A model generated the notes under the pieces. That model ran no database searches and was not told the DNA's origin. It saw only the letters and a program-made list of their open reading frames with translations. Below, piece after piece: positions 55,885 to 64,000 of a DNA stretch of 64,000 nt. Both the position numbers and the translations under genes were made by a program. Position 1 is the stretch's first letter; every line of letters starts with the position of its first letter. The stretch comes from Turneriella sp. (lineage in GTDB: Bacteria; Spirochaetota; Leptospiria; Turneriellales; Turneriellaceae): the NCBI GenBank assembly GCA_965279515.1, contig CBDIID010000003.1, forward strand, positions 4,352,001 through 4,416,000. The letters are read 5' to 3'.

Positions 55885-57276
55885 ATAACTCCGTCAGATT
55901 CCGTACGCATACAGTTTCTCGGCGCGGCCGGTTTTGTTACCGGTTCGCGCACCCTCATCGAATATAATGGCTTTCGCGTTTACATCGATTGCGGGCTCTA
56001 CCAGGGACCCAAATACGTCGAGCAGCGCAACTATCTGCCGCTCGAGAGTGAACCAGAAACGATCGATGCCATTGTTTTAACGCATGCCCATATAGACCAC
56101 TCGGGTCTCGTGCCGCGCCTGGTGCGCGAGGGTTTTACCGGTAAGATCTATTGTACAAAACCGACGGCAAAGCTGCTCGAAATCATTCTGCCCGACGCCG
56201 GCAATATCCAGGAAGAAGAATTTCGCCAGCTCTCGAAGAGCGAAGTGCGCAAGCTGGGTCTTGAGGCGCCGCTCTTTACCAAAGATAACGGCATTGAAGC
56301 GCTTGAGCTTGTCAAAGCCGTCGACTATAACCGGGATTTCAAAGTCGGGCCATTCAATTTCCGTTTCACCTGGGCAGGCCACATTCTCGGCGCGGCCCAT
56401 CTCAACGTCTGGCGAAAGAACTTCAGCATGGTGTTTAGCGGCGACATTGGCCCGGAATCCACATTTTTCCATAAACCCTTAAAGCGGCCCAAAAGTGCGC
56501 AGAATGTTGTCATCGAATCGACCTACGGCGACCGCATGCGCGTCGAAGAAGATTATGAGAAAAAATTCCGCGATGCGGTGCGTTATATTGTGGAAAGAAA
56601 AGGCATCCTGCTATTACCTGCTTTTGCCGTTGGCCGCGCGCAGACGACGCTCTACGTGCTCTACCGCCTGATGAAAGAGAAAAAGATTCCGGCGCTGCGG
56701 ATTGCCCTCGATTCACCGATGGCAGTCAAGGCAACCAAGGCATACACGCGGTTTAAGAACGAACTGACGAGTGAAGTTACCAAGTCAGGATTTTTTGAAT
56801 TTTTGAAATCTAAAAACGTCATGCTGGTGAAGAACGCCGACGAGAGCCGGGCACTGGTCGAAGCTCCGGGGCCGATGATTGTTGTGAGCGCGTCTGGCAT
56901 GTGTACAGGCGGGCGGGTTGTGCACCACCTCGAGCACCGCCTGGGTGACAGCCGCAATTTCGTGCTCTTCACGGGTTATGCAGGCGAGGGCACGCTGGCG
57001 CACCAGATCATGAGCGGCGCGAACCGGGTGAGTATTTTCGGCAAAGAGATTCCCGTGCGCGCGATGGTGGCGCAGATTCAGTCGTTCTCTGCTCACGCAG
57101 ACTTAGGCGGGCTTTTGGACTGGATGCGCCAGTTCAAAGGCGACGGTGTGGAGCGCATCTATATCAACCACGGCGAAGATGCTTCGCGTGAAAATCTCGC
57201 GAAGAACCTGACATTCATGCGCGGTGCCCAGATCGAGCTGCCGCGTTACCAAAGCACCTATTATCTACCCTGCTGA
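55885..57276 (+). CDS. MBL-fold beta-CASP metallo-hydrolase (RNA-processing type); start probably ATA 55885
   Basis: In frame upstream of the ORF-track start: IQFLGAAGFVTGS, IDCGLYQG and THAHIDH. Downstream: AGHILGA, FSGDIG, IESTYG, FAVGRAQ, SGMCTGGR, SAHAD and NHGE. Confidence 0.9.
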   Translation: MTPSDSVRIQFLGAAGFVTGSRTLIEYNGFRVYIDCGLYQGPKYVEQRNYLPLESEPETIDAIVLTHAHIDHSGLVPRLVREGFTGKIYCTKPTAKLLEIILPDAGNIQEEEFRQLSKSEVRKLGLEAPLFTKDNGIEALELVKAVDYNRDFKVGPFNFRFTWAGHILGAAHLNVWRKNFSMVFSGDIGPESTFFHKPLKRPKSAQNVVIESTYGDRMRVEEDYEKKFRDAVRYIVERKGILLLPAFAVGRAQTTLYVLYRLMKEKKIPALRIALDSPMAVKATKAYTRFKNELTSEVTKSGFFEFLKSKNVMLVKNADESRALVEAPGPMIVVSASGMCTGGRVVHHLEHRLGDSRNFVLFTGYAGEGTLAHQIMSGANRVSIFGKEIPVRAMVAQIQSFSAHADLGGLLDWMRQFKGDGVERIYINHGEDASRENLAKNLTFMRGAQIELPRYQSTYYLPC

Positions 57277-59466
57277 GTATTTCAAAAGCCCGAATTTTTC
57301 ATTGGCGCGTTCGAGTTCGCCAAAAGTGCGCACGACCTGTACGCGTGGCAGGTTGGCGATGAGCGTTTTGCCATAGGTCTTCTGCCAGATTCGGCTATCG
57401 AGCAGCGCGACTGCACCCTTATCTTTTTCTGTGCGAATCAGTCGCCCGAAGGCCTGGCGCAGCATCGTCGTCGCATGGGGGAGGGAGAGCTCAAAAAATG
57501 GCCTTTTCCCATGCGCTTCGAGATTTTCTGAGCGTGCCTTGAATATCGGGTCGTCGGGCGGCGTGAACAGGAGCTTTGTAATAATGAGCAGGCGCAAACC
57601 ATCGCCCGCGACATCGATGCCCTGCCAGAACGACTGCGAGCCCAGTAAAATCGACGTCTTGTCGTTGCGGAATTTCACGAGGGCATCCTGTACGCCATCT
57701 TCGAGCTGAGAGATCACGGTCAGGTCGGTGAGCTCCCTGAGGCGCATCGCTACCTGCGTGAGATTATAGTTCGAGGTAAACAGCACCAGTGCCCCGCCGT
57801 CAGAGAGCGAGGTGAGGCTGACAATTTCTTCCGTCAGTAGGTCAAAATATTCAGCCTGAACAACGGGCGGCGAGCCGTGTTCCGGAATCATGAGGTGTTC
57901 CGGGGCATAGAGCGCCGCATGCTCGCGGTAGTTAAAGGGAGAGAAAAAGATATTGCAGTCGATGCTGCCCTCTTCAGCCAGCGGCAGCGCGTCGCCGAGA
58001 AAGCGGCTGAAAAAACCGCGCTGGATGAGATCCGACTTTTTAGCCGGGTATTCACCGAAAGGCCAGTAACCGATCGTGGCCGAGGTATAGAGCCTGAGCT
58101 CGGGCATGAGATCGGCGAGTGTTTCACCGAGGTTTAACCGGCAGGCATGGAGGTGAAACTTGTCGTTACGTTTTTCGGCCCAGTAGACGACGCGTTCTGT
58201 ATCGAAAGACGAAAAAAGTTCGGCAAAGGAAAGCATTTTGCGCACGAGTTTCAGCTGCCCGTTGATACTGTTGAGCAGCTGCGCGTCGAGGTCTTCTGAC
58301 TTCATGGAGTCGAGTTTTTCGGCCAGGTCGGCGAGCGGCGGCATGAGTTCGGGGGTGTCCGTCAGGTTCGTGCGAATGAGATTCGTGCCTGAATCCTTGA
58401 ACACCATATCGCTTTCGACTTCCCAGCGCGAGAAAAAAGTTTCCCAGCGTGTGAGACAGAGGTTCGCGAGCTCTTCGATTTCCTGTTTCAGTTCGCCCTG
58501 AATGCCCGTGTGCTGTACCAGGGTCTTATCGATGCCCTTTTTCAGGTCGCCAAAATCGTGCCGGCCAAAACTCGAGGTGAAGATGTTGTAACCGGTTTTG
58601 ATCAGGCCATGCGCCTCATCGATGACGATGGCGCCGTACTCGGGCAGCGTGTGTTTATCGTTCAGCAAGTGGTAGAGCAGAAGGTGGTGGTTGGCGACGA
58701 GCAGCTGTGCGTCGTTCCATTTTTTGCGCTCGCGGTAATAATTACAGCCGGTGTAGTGGGGGCAACGGTTGCCCGGGCAACCTTCACTGTCGCGCGTGAT
58801 CATCGACCAGATGGCTTCGGGCATTTTCGGCGTGTTTGCCGCAGCGCCTTCAAACCGGCTGCCCGAGCGCGCGGCATCGGTGATAACTGAGTTGGCCCAA
58901 TCGCGCACCTCGGCGACTTTTTCATTGTCAATGATGTCGCGGTGACCGCCTTCTTGCAGCATCTGCTCATAACGCAGGCGGCAAAAATAATTTCCCGAGC
59001 CGAGGCAGAGCTCAAAGCGCAGATCTTCGTCGAGCACGCTGCGGATGAAGGGCAGGTCCTTTTCATAGAGCTGCCATTGCAGCGCCTTGGTTTCCGTTGC
59101 AATGAGCGCCCGTTCGCCGGTGAGATAGTTGTACGCAAGTGCAGCGACGACATAAGCGAAAGATTTGCCGACGCCCGTCGCCGCTTCAACAACAGCGCTG
59201 CGTTCGCGGTAAAACGAGCGCAGAATCTGCTGCGCCATCTGCACCTGCGCATCGCGCATCTGGTAGCTATCGAGGCGCGCGCCGATTTTTTCAAACGCCT
59301 GAGCGCAGATGGCATTTAAGGTTTGGGTGGAAAGACTGTGGTCTTCGAGCGCCGTCTCGATCGCTTCACCCTGGATTTCGCTGAGCGCATCCGCGTTGCA
59401 CCACGGGGGCAACCGGCCCGGTGCAGCAAGATCCTGCGGGTCGTTCAGGAAATCATCGTCGCCCAT
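57265..59466 (-). CDS. DinG/YoaA family ATP-dependent helicase (Fe-S)
   Basis: Q motif MRDAQ, EAATGVGKS, Cys cluster (YFC...CPGNRCPHYTGC), VANHHLL, IDEAH, LFTS, FWQGID and QAFGRLIR. Confidence 0.93.
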   Translation of the reverse strand: MGDDDFLNDPQDLAAPGRLPPWCNADALSEIQGEAIETALEDHSLSTQTLNAICAQAFEKIGARLDSYQMRDAQVQMAQQILRSFYRERSAVVEAATGVGKSFAYVVAALAYNYLTGERALIATETKALQWQLYEKDLPFIRSVLDEDLRFELCLGSGNYFCRLRYEQMLQEGGHRDIIDNEKVAEVRDWANSVITDAARSGSRFEGAAANTPKMPEAIWSMITRDSEGCPGNRCPHYTGCNYYRERKKWNDAQLLVANHHLLLYHLLNDKHTLPEYGAIVIDEAHGLIKTGYNIFTSSFGRHDFGDLKKGIDKTLVQHTGIQGELKQEIEELANLCLTRWETFFSRWEVESDMVFKDSGTNLIRTNLTDTPELMPPLADLAEKLDSMKSEDLDAQLLNSINGQLKLVRKMLSFAELFSSFDTERVVYWAEKRNDKFHLHACRLNLGETLADLMPELRLYTSATIGYWPFGEYPAKKSDLIQRGFFSRFLGDALPLAEEGSIDCNIFFSPFNYREHAALYAPEHLMIPEHGSPPVVQAEYFDLLTEEIVSLTSLSDGGALVLFTSNYNLTQVAMRLRELTDLTVISQLEDGVQDALVKFRNDKTSILLGSQSFWQGIDVAGDGLRLLIITKLLFTPPDDPIFKARSENLEAHGKRPFFELSLPHATTMLRQAFGRLIRTEKDKGAVALLDSRIWQKTYGKTLIANLPRVQVVRTFGELERANEKFGLLKYSAG

Positions 59467-59468
59467 TT

Positions 59469-59930
59469 TCAGGACGCCTCGTCGAGCGCGCGGTTCGCCA
59501 GGAAATCGGCGATCTGGTTTTTCTCCCGGCGCACATGCACCAGTTTCGGTTTTACCCGGCCTGCCACAGCCTGTGCCTCGGCGAAAAGAACTTTCAGCTT
59601 ATCGTGCTTAACTTTGTACTCGCCCTTCAGTTGTTTGATGACGAGTTCGCTGTCTGAGCAGATTGTGGGATTTACCAAGCGGAGCTCTTCACATTTTTTG
59701 AGCGCAAAAATCAAACCCGCGTATTCCGCTTCATTGTTGGTTCGCGTGCCGAGCGTTTTCGCGGCAGCGAAAAAAGCCAGCGATTCGTCCGCCTTAAAGG
59801 CACCCAGCGGGACATCCGCATCGCCCTCGAAAGCCACCACGCCGAATGACGCCGGACCAGGATTGCCACGCGAAGCGCCGTCGCAGAAGACCGTGATGTC
59901 TTCGCCGTTCACGGGCGTATACAGCGCCAA
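59469..59930 (-). CDS. rnhA: Ribonuclease HI family protein
   Basis: Motifs DGASRGNPG, TNNEAEY, DSELV and HVRREKNQIADFLAN. Confidence 0.9.
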   Translation of the reverse strand: MALYTPVNGEDITVFCDGASRGNPGPASFGVVAFEGDADVPLGAFKADESLAFFAAAKTLGTRTNNEAEYAGLIFALKKCEELRLVNPTICSDSELVIKQLKGEYKVKHDKLKVLFAEAQAVAGRVKPKLVHVRREKNQIADFLANRALDEAS

Positions 59931-60877
59931 AGGCGGTCACCTGAAATCTGCGGGGTTATGGTGGTCTTGCAGCGCGCTTCGGCGTAGTTGCAGCGCGGCG
60001 CAAACGCACAGCCTTCGCTGAGCGCCGTCAGTGCGGGCGGCGAGCCGGGTATCGCGAAAAGTTTTTGCCCGCGGGGCGCATCGTGCACCGATGCGAGCAG
60101 CGCCTGCGTGTAAGGATGTTTTGGATTTTCGATAATATCTGTGACCTTACCGATCTCAACAATTTCGCCCGCGTACATGACGGCAACGCGGTGGGCAAGC
60201 TTTGCGACGATGCCTAGGTCATGTGTGATAAAGACCATCGCCATATGCTCGCGTTCGTTGATGTCGCGCAGCAGGCGCAGAATCTGGGACTGGATCGTCA
60301 CATCGAGTGCAGTGGTCGGTTCGTCGGCGATAAGAATTTCAGGCTCTGCGGCGAGGGCCATCGCAATCAACACGCGCTGCCGCATTCCGCCCGAGAGCTG
60401 AAACGGATAACTTTTGAGCCTGAGCTCCGGCTCGGGAATACCCACTTTGTTCAGAAGTTCCGCCGCGGCTTTTTTCACCGCGTCGCCCGAAAGCGAACGG
60501 TGCAGCGTCAGAACCTCACCCAGTTGAAATCCCACCGTGAAGACGGGGTTAAGTGCCGTCATCGGCTCCTGGAAGATCATGGCGATGCGCTTACCCCGGT
60601 AGCTGCGCATCGCATCTTCAGAAAGTTCTGCCAGGTCTTTGCCGTCGAAATGGATCTTGCCTGTCAGCGCCGCATTCTTGCCGTGCAGGCGCAAAAGGCT
60701 TAAGCCCGTGACGGATTTGCCGCTGCCGGACTCGCCGACGAGTGCGAGAATTTCGCCGCGCGCGAGCGTCAGGTCAACGCCGCGCAGCGCGTGGATGATT
60801 TTTGTACCGGAGGAAAACGTCAGCCGCAGGTTTTCTACGGAAAGAATAGGGGCGTCGTTGGCAGTTAAAACAGGCAT
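59909..60877 (-). CDS. Oligopeptide/dipeptide ABC transporter ATP-binding subunit (OppD/DppD-like)
   Basis: Motifs GESGSGKS, FQEPM, LSGGMRQR, ADEPTTALD, HPYT and GCAFAPRC. Start at ATG 60877. Confidence 0.93.
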   Translation of the reverse strand: MPVLTANDAPILSVENLRLTFSSGTKIIHALRGVDLTLARGEILALVGESGSGKSVTGLSLLRLHGKNAALTGKIHFDGKDLAELSEDAMRSYRGKRIAMIFQEPMTALNPVFTVGFQLGEVLTLHRSLSGDAVKKAAAELLNKVGIPEPELRLKSYPFQLSGGMRQRVLIAMALAAEPEILIADEPTTALDVTIQSQILRLLRDINEREHMAMVFITHDLGIVAKLAHRVAVMYAGEIVEIGKVTDIIENPKHPYTQALLASVHDAPRGQKLFAIPGSPPALTALSEGCAFAPRCNYAEARCKTTITPQISGDRLWRCIRP

Positions 60878-60932
60878 GGAATTCGGCTTCTGCGGGATTT
60901 TATCTGGGCGAACCTCATGCCGTAAAGCGATG

Positions 60933-63284
60933 CTATTGGGTACGCACAAAACTTTCCCGGAACGGTTTTTTGCAGATCGTCGCGTCGCGGCAGGTAAGGA
61001 GGATAATATTCATCTGCGCGTCGGTTTTGCTGAGTTTGATGCCGTTGGCTTCGAGCGCACCGCTGCCCAAAGCATAGGTGCCCGTGAATTTTTTGGAACG
61101 CGTACCGACAGTCAGGTTTACTTCGACTGCATTTCCGGCAACCGAAACCGCCGCAGTGGCAAGCTCGCCATCCAGTATTTGCACGGGCGCCTGCCAGGTT
61201 CCGGCCAGCGAGGTCAGCACGGCATCACCGCCGCGGCGCGCAACAGAGGGATAGACTGCATTTTTTGAAGCCGCGACTGCCTGGGAGGGTGCGGATTCAG
61301 CCCCGGCTGTTGCCTTCGCGCGCACGTTGTAAAGCCACAACCCCGCCTCGTTGGGTAAATTTTCTGCAAATGACGCGGCTTTAGACGTGCCAGCGAGCTG
61401 ATAGCCGGCCTCACCGTGGCGCTTGCGGAAAATATAATACTCCGCTGCTCCCTGTACCGCTTTCCAGGAAATTTTAACTGTGTCGCCCGCCAGCGTGGCG
61501 CGAACATTCTGCGGCGGCTCGGGAATTTCTCCTGCGCGGGCAAGGTTGGGGTTTGTCCTGCCCCAGGCGGCGCGCGACGCCGTACCATACTCGCTGTCAT
61601 TGCCGGCGCGCAGCGAGTAGGCGAGGGATCTGCCGCCCTGCACGGCGTCGCCCGTGTCTTCATAAGAATTCGTTTTCACGCGGGCGACTTCATCCCAGCC
61701 TGTGCCGTTGAAACGCACAAGCCAGTAGCGCGTGGCGTTGGGTACTTTGTCCCATGTCAGTACGATTTTATCTTTGTACGTGGCCTGCGATGCACGAAAA
61801 TTTTCGACATCGCCAACCTTGCCGCCTTTCGCGCCGATGGTCACTGATTCCGAAGCCGAGCCGGTTTCAACTCCCTTCTGTGCGCTGACAGTGTAGGAAT
61901 TATCGCCGGGTTCAGGGCTTGTGTCGGTATAAGCATTGTTGCGTGCCGTGCCCAGCGTCTTCCACTCGCCGCTGGCTTTTTGTTGGCGGGAGACAACATA
62001 TTTATCCGCGGCAAATTGCGCAGACCATGAGAGCAGAATGCTGCCATTAGCGGAAAGCTCTCCTGTGAGGCCCGTTACCTGAACAGGCTTTACTGTCTGC
62101 GACGCGGTGAAGCCGCGCACGATAGCTGAGGGTGCGGAGTTCTCTTCGTCGCCGACCGCGATGACGCGATAATCAAAGGCAGTGTCCGCCGCCGCGCCCT
62201 CATCGGTAAAACGTGTCTCTTCGCTGTAGCCGATCGCCGTGAATGCGCCTGTGCCTGCGTCAGAGCGTTCGACCTGGTAACTCACGGCATTCGTGACACG
62301 CTGCCATGAGACAGAAATTTTATCCGGGAAGGCGCCCTGGCTGATGCGGACCCCCGCAGGTGGCCGTAACGTTTTGTCTGTCGGTGCCGGTGGCGCTCCG
62401 CCGCCATTACCATCCCAGTCGCGCAGCACGTAAGTTGCGTACAGGAACGTCGGCGCGAAATCATAGGAGATCCAGCCGAAACCCTGCGTGCCCCAGGCAT
62501 TGCCCGATGAATCCATGATTTTGAAAGCGCCGCGGTGCCCTTTAGGCGAACGTTTGCTGTCGTCGTAACCGACCATCACCATCGCATGCTGCGCGCGGCG
62601 CGCGGTGGCAAAGCCGTCGAGCACACCGTTGTTCTTGCAGCAGTTCCAGCGGTCGGGTCCCGAATAGACGCCGATGAGCAGTGGATATCCCTTTGCCAGT
62701 TCGGCTTTGATCGCGTTAATGTTGTTGGGCGGAATCGTCTCATAACTTTTCGCGCGGTACCGCTGCCCCAGCTGCTTTTGCGCGGCTGTCGGCTGTGTGC
62801 GGAAATCCTTCTGGTTATAGGGCATGTCTTTCCACGGCACGGCACCCTTTTGAATGAGGAGATCCAGCGCATGTGGCATATGCGCACCGCGGTCGCGGCC
62901 TTTGTTGATCTGGTTATACGTCCATGCCGGTGAAAAGACGTGTTCCCCCGAACCGCCCTGCTGCACGGGCGCTCCCAGGTCCCAGTTATTCTTACGTTTT
63001 TCGTGGTAGGTCTTCAGCGCATAGGTCGAGGCCCAGCCCACGCAGCTGCCCTGGTTACCCTGGTTGCCGGGTTGGGGAAAGTAGGGGGCAAGATCCACGG
63101 CGGATGGCAGGCCGCGCGGCGTGACCAGCACCGATTCGGCCAGCGGCACGCGCTCCATATCATCGAGTGACTCCATGAGGGCGCCTTCGGCCGGCACCGC
63201 ATCGGCGTCCTGGGTTGACAGCGGTGTCGGGTGGAACAGGGGAAGTATAAATACCGCAGGCAGCAGCAGAAACAACTTTCGCAT
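60933..63284 (-). CDS. Secreted C1A papain-like peptidase with four FN3 domains
   Basis: Signal peptide. LPSAVDL, QGNQGSCVGWA and HAMVMVGYDD, then FN3 repeats (ISVSW, ILLSW, IVLTW, VKISW). Confidence 0.88.
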   Translation of the reverse strand: MRKLFLLLPAVFILPLFHPTPLSTQDADAVPAEGALMESLDDMERVPLAESVLVTPRGLPSAVDLAPYFPQPGNQGNQGSCVGWASTYALKTYHEKRKNNWDLGAPVQQGGSGEHVFSPAWTYNQINKGRDRGAHMPHALDLLIQKGAVPWKDMPYNQKDFRTQPTAAQKQLGQRYRAKSYETIPPNNINAIKAELAKGYPLLIGVYSGPDRWNCCKNNGVLDGFATARRAQHAMVMVGYDDSKRSPKGHRGAFKIMDSSGNAWGTQGFGWISYDFAPTFLYATYVLRDWDGNGGGAPPAPTDKTLRPPAGVRISQGAFPDKISVSWQRVTNAVSYQVERSDAGTGAFTAIGYSEETRFTDEGAAADTAFDYRVIAVGDEENSAPSAIVRGFTASQTVKPVQVTGLTGELSANGSILLSWSAQFAADKYVVSRQQKASGEWKTLGTARNNAYTDTSPEPGDNSYTVSAQKGVETGSASESVTIGAKGGKVGDVENFRASQATYKDKIVLTWDKVPNATRYWLVRFNGTGWDEVARVKTNSYEDTGDAVQGGRSLAYSLRAGNDSEYGTASRAAWGRTNPNLARAGEIPEPPQNVRATLAGDTVKISWKAVQGAAEYYIFRKRHGEAGYQLAGTSKAASFAENLPNEAGLWLYNVRAKATAGAESAPSQAVAASKNAVYPSVARRGGDAVLTSLAGTWQAPVQILDGELATAAVSVAGNAVEVNLTVGTRSKKFTGTYALGSGALEANGIKLSKTDAQMNIILLTCRDATICKKPFRESFVRTQ

Positions 63285-63441
63285 GAGCTAGAATCAGGTG
63301 AGGGGGAGGTCCGCAAGTTCTTTTTGCCAGCCACAATGGCATATTTTTCTCATAAGACTTCCACAATTGTGACGAAAATCAAAAGTGGCTCTGGAACGGG
63401 TTTGTCCTTGACGTACTGACCAAAAAACCCGTTTTGGTTTT

Positions 63442-64000
63442 ATGCGCCGCAAAATAAGCTTGCAGGGGTTTCCGATGAAGACAGTCAAGAAAAGTATGCT
63501 TTTTAAGGTACTGGTCGCATTATGCGGTCTGCTACCCTTCCTTTATCCGGTTAACAGCCCCCAAAGTAGCGCATTACAAACCGAAGATCTGACTATTGTC
63601 GCGCTCGGCGACTCGATTACCTGGGGATATCCCAATGGTGAATCCTGGACTGAAATGGTTTCCAACGATACGGGTATCCGTATTATTAACCGCGGCGTCA
63701 GCGGAGCAACGCTCGACGACATGCTGCGTCGCATGAAAACCGATGTTATCCCCGTAAAACCTTCGATCTGCATCATCATGGGCGGCACCAACGATGCAAA
63801 CCGCGGCCGCACGACGCAGCAGATGATTGACAATATCCAAACCATGGCCAATGAGCTAATGGCGCGCGACATTATGCCTGTGATTGGTCTGCCGATACCG
63901 ATGGTGGAGCAAAAACCTGAAGAAAAGCTGCAAGACCTGCGCGAACGTATTATTTCGTCTGCATTCCTGACGATTGATTTTTCCCTCGACTTCGATGTGC
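63442..64000 (+). CDS. SGNH/GDSL hydrolase, truncated at the window end
   Basis: Manual translation gives VALGDSITWG, NRGVSG and MGGTND (blocks I-III). In-frame ATGs at 63442, 63475 and 63496. Confidence 0.88.
   Translation, partial: MRRKISLQGFPMKTVKKSMLFKVLVALCGLLPFLYPVNSPQSSALQTEDLTIVALGDSITWGYPNGESWTEMVSNDTGIRIINRGVSGATLDDMLRRMKTDVIPVKPSICIIMGGTNDANRGRTTQQMIDNIQTMANELMARDIMPVIGLPIPMVEQKPEEKLQDLRERIISSAFLTIDFSLDFDV

Noticed and set aside
59323..61268. Long antisense ORFs (for example 59323-60021 and 60639-61268, also 37872-39395 and 43629-44369)
   Set aside because: They lie opposite well-supported genes and have no motifs, as expected of shadow ORFs in GC-rich DNA.

Overview
A gene-dense, moderately GC-rich stretch of bacterial chromosome, most likely from a saprophytic Leptospiraceae spirochaete such as Turneriella. 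This is inferred from OmpL37-like and Lsa36-like surface proteins, spirochaetal lipoboxes and PLD/lamin-tail lipoproteins. Housekeeping genes (sppA, folD, fabG, pyrG, murD, argG, nuoH, holB-like, ilvE, trxB, nrdJ, lpxD, flgM, dinG-like, rnhA, oppD-like) alternate with many envelope and secreted proteins. I found no rRNA, tRNA, CRISPR array or transposase. The main observations are: (1) a ~2,090-aa mosaic lipoprotein with two phage-virion-type modules and Ca-binding motifs, followed 28 bp later by a FadL/OmpP1-type barrel and preceded by a palindromic candidate operator; (2) an acidic protein with seven PI(A/T)LSxxxLDxI repeats behind a near-consensus sigma-28 promoter, followed by a GAF/degenerate-GGDEF gene; (3) an nrdJ locus with a three-hairpin leader and a synonymously diverged copy of the gene's last 11 codons; (4) a secreted PLD-LTD / accessory / Zn-PLC(P1)-like trio; (5) an operon ending in an ATP-grasp::Fe-S/FMN alpha-hydroxy-acid oxidase fusion; (6) a beta-CASP gene that has no canonical start codon; (7) several apparent pseudo-enzymes. 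All family assignments come from motif recognition by eye, with no database searches.
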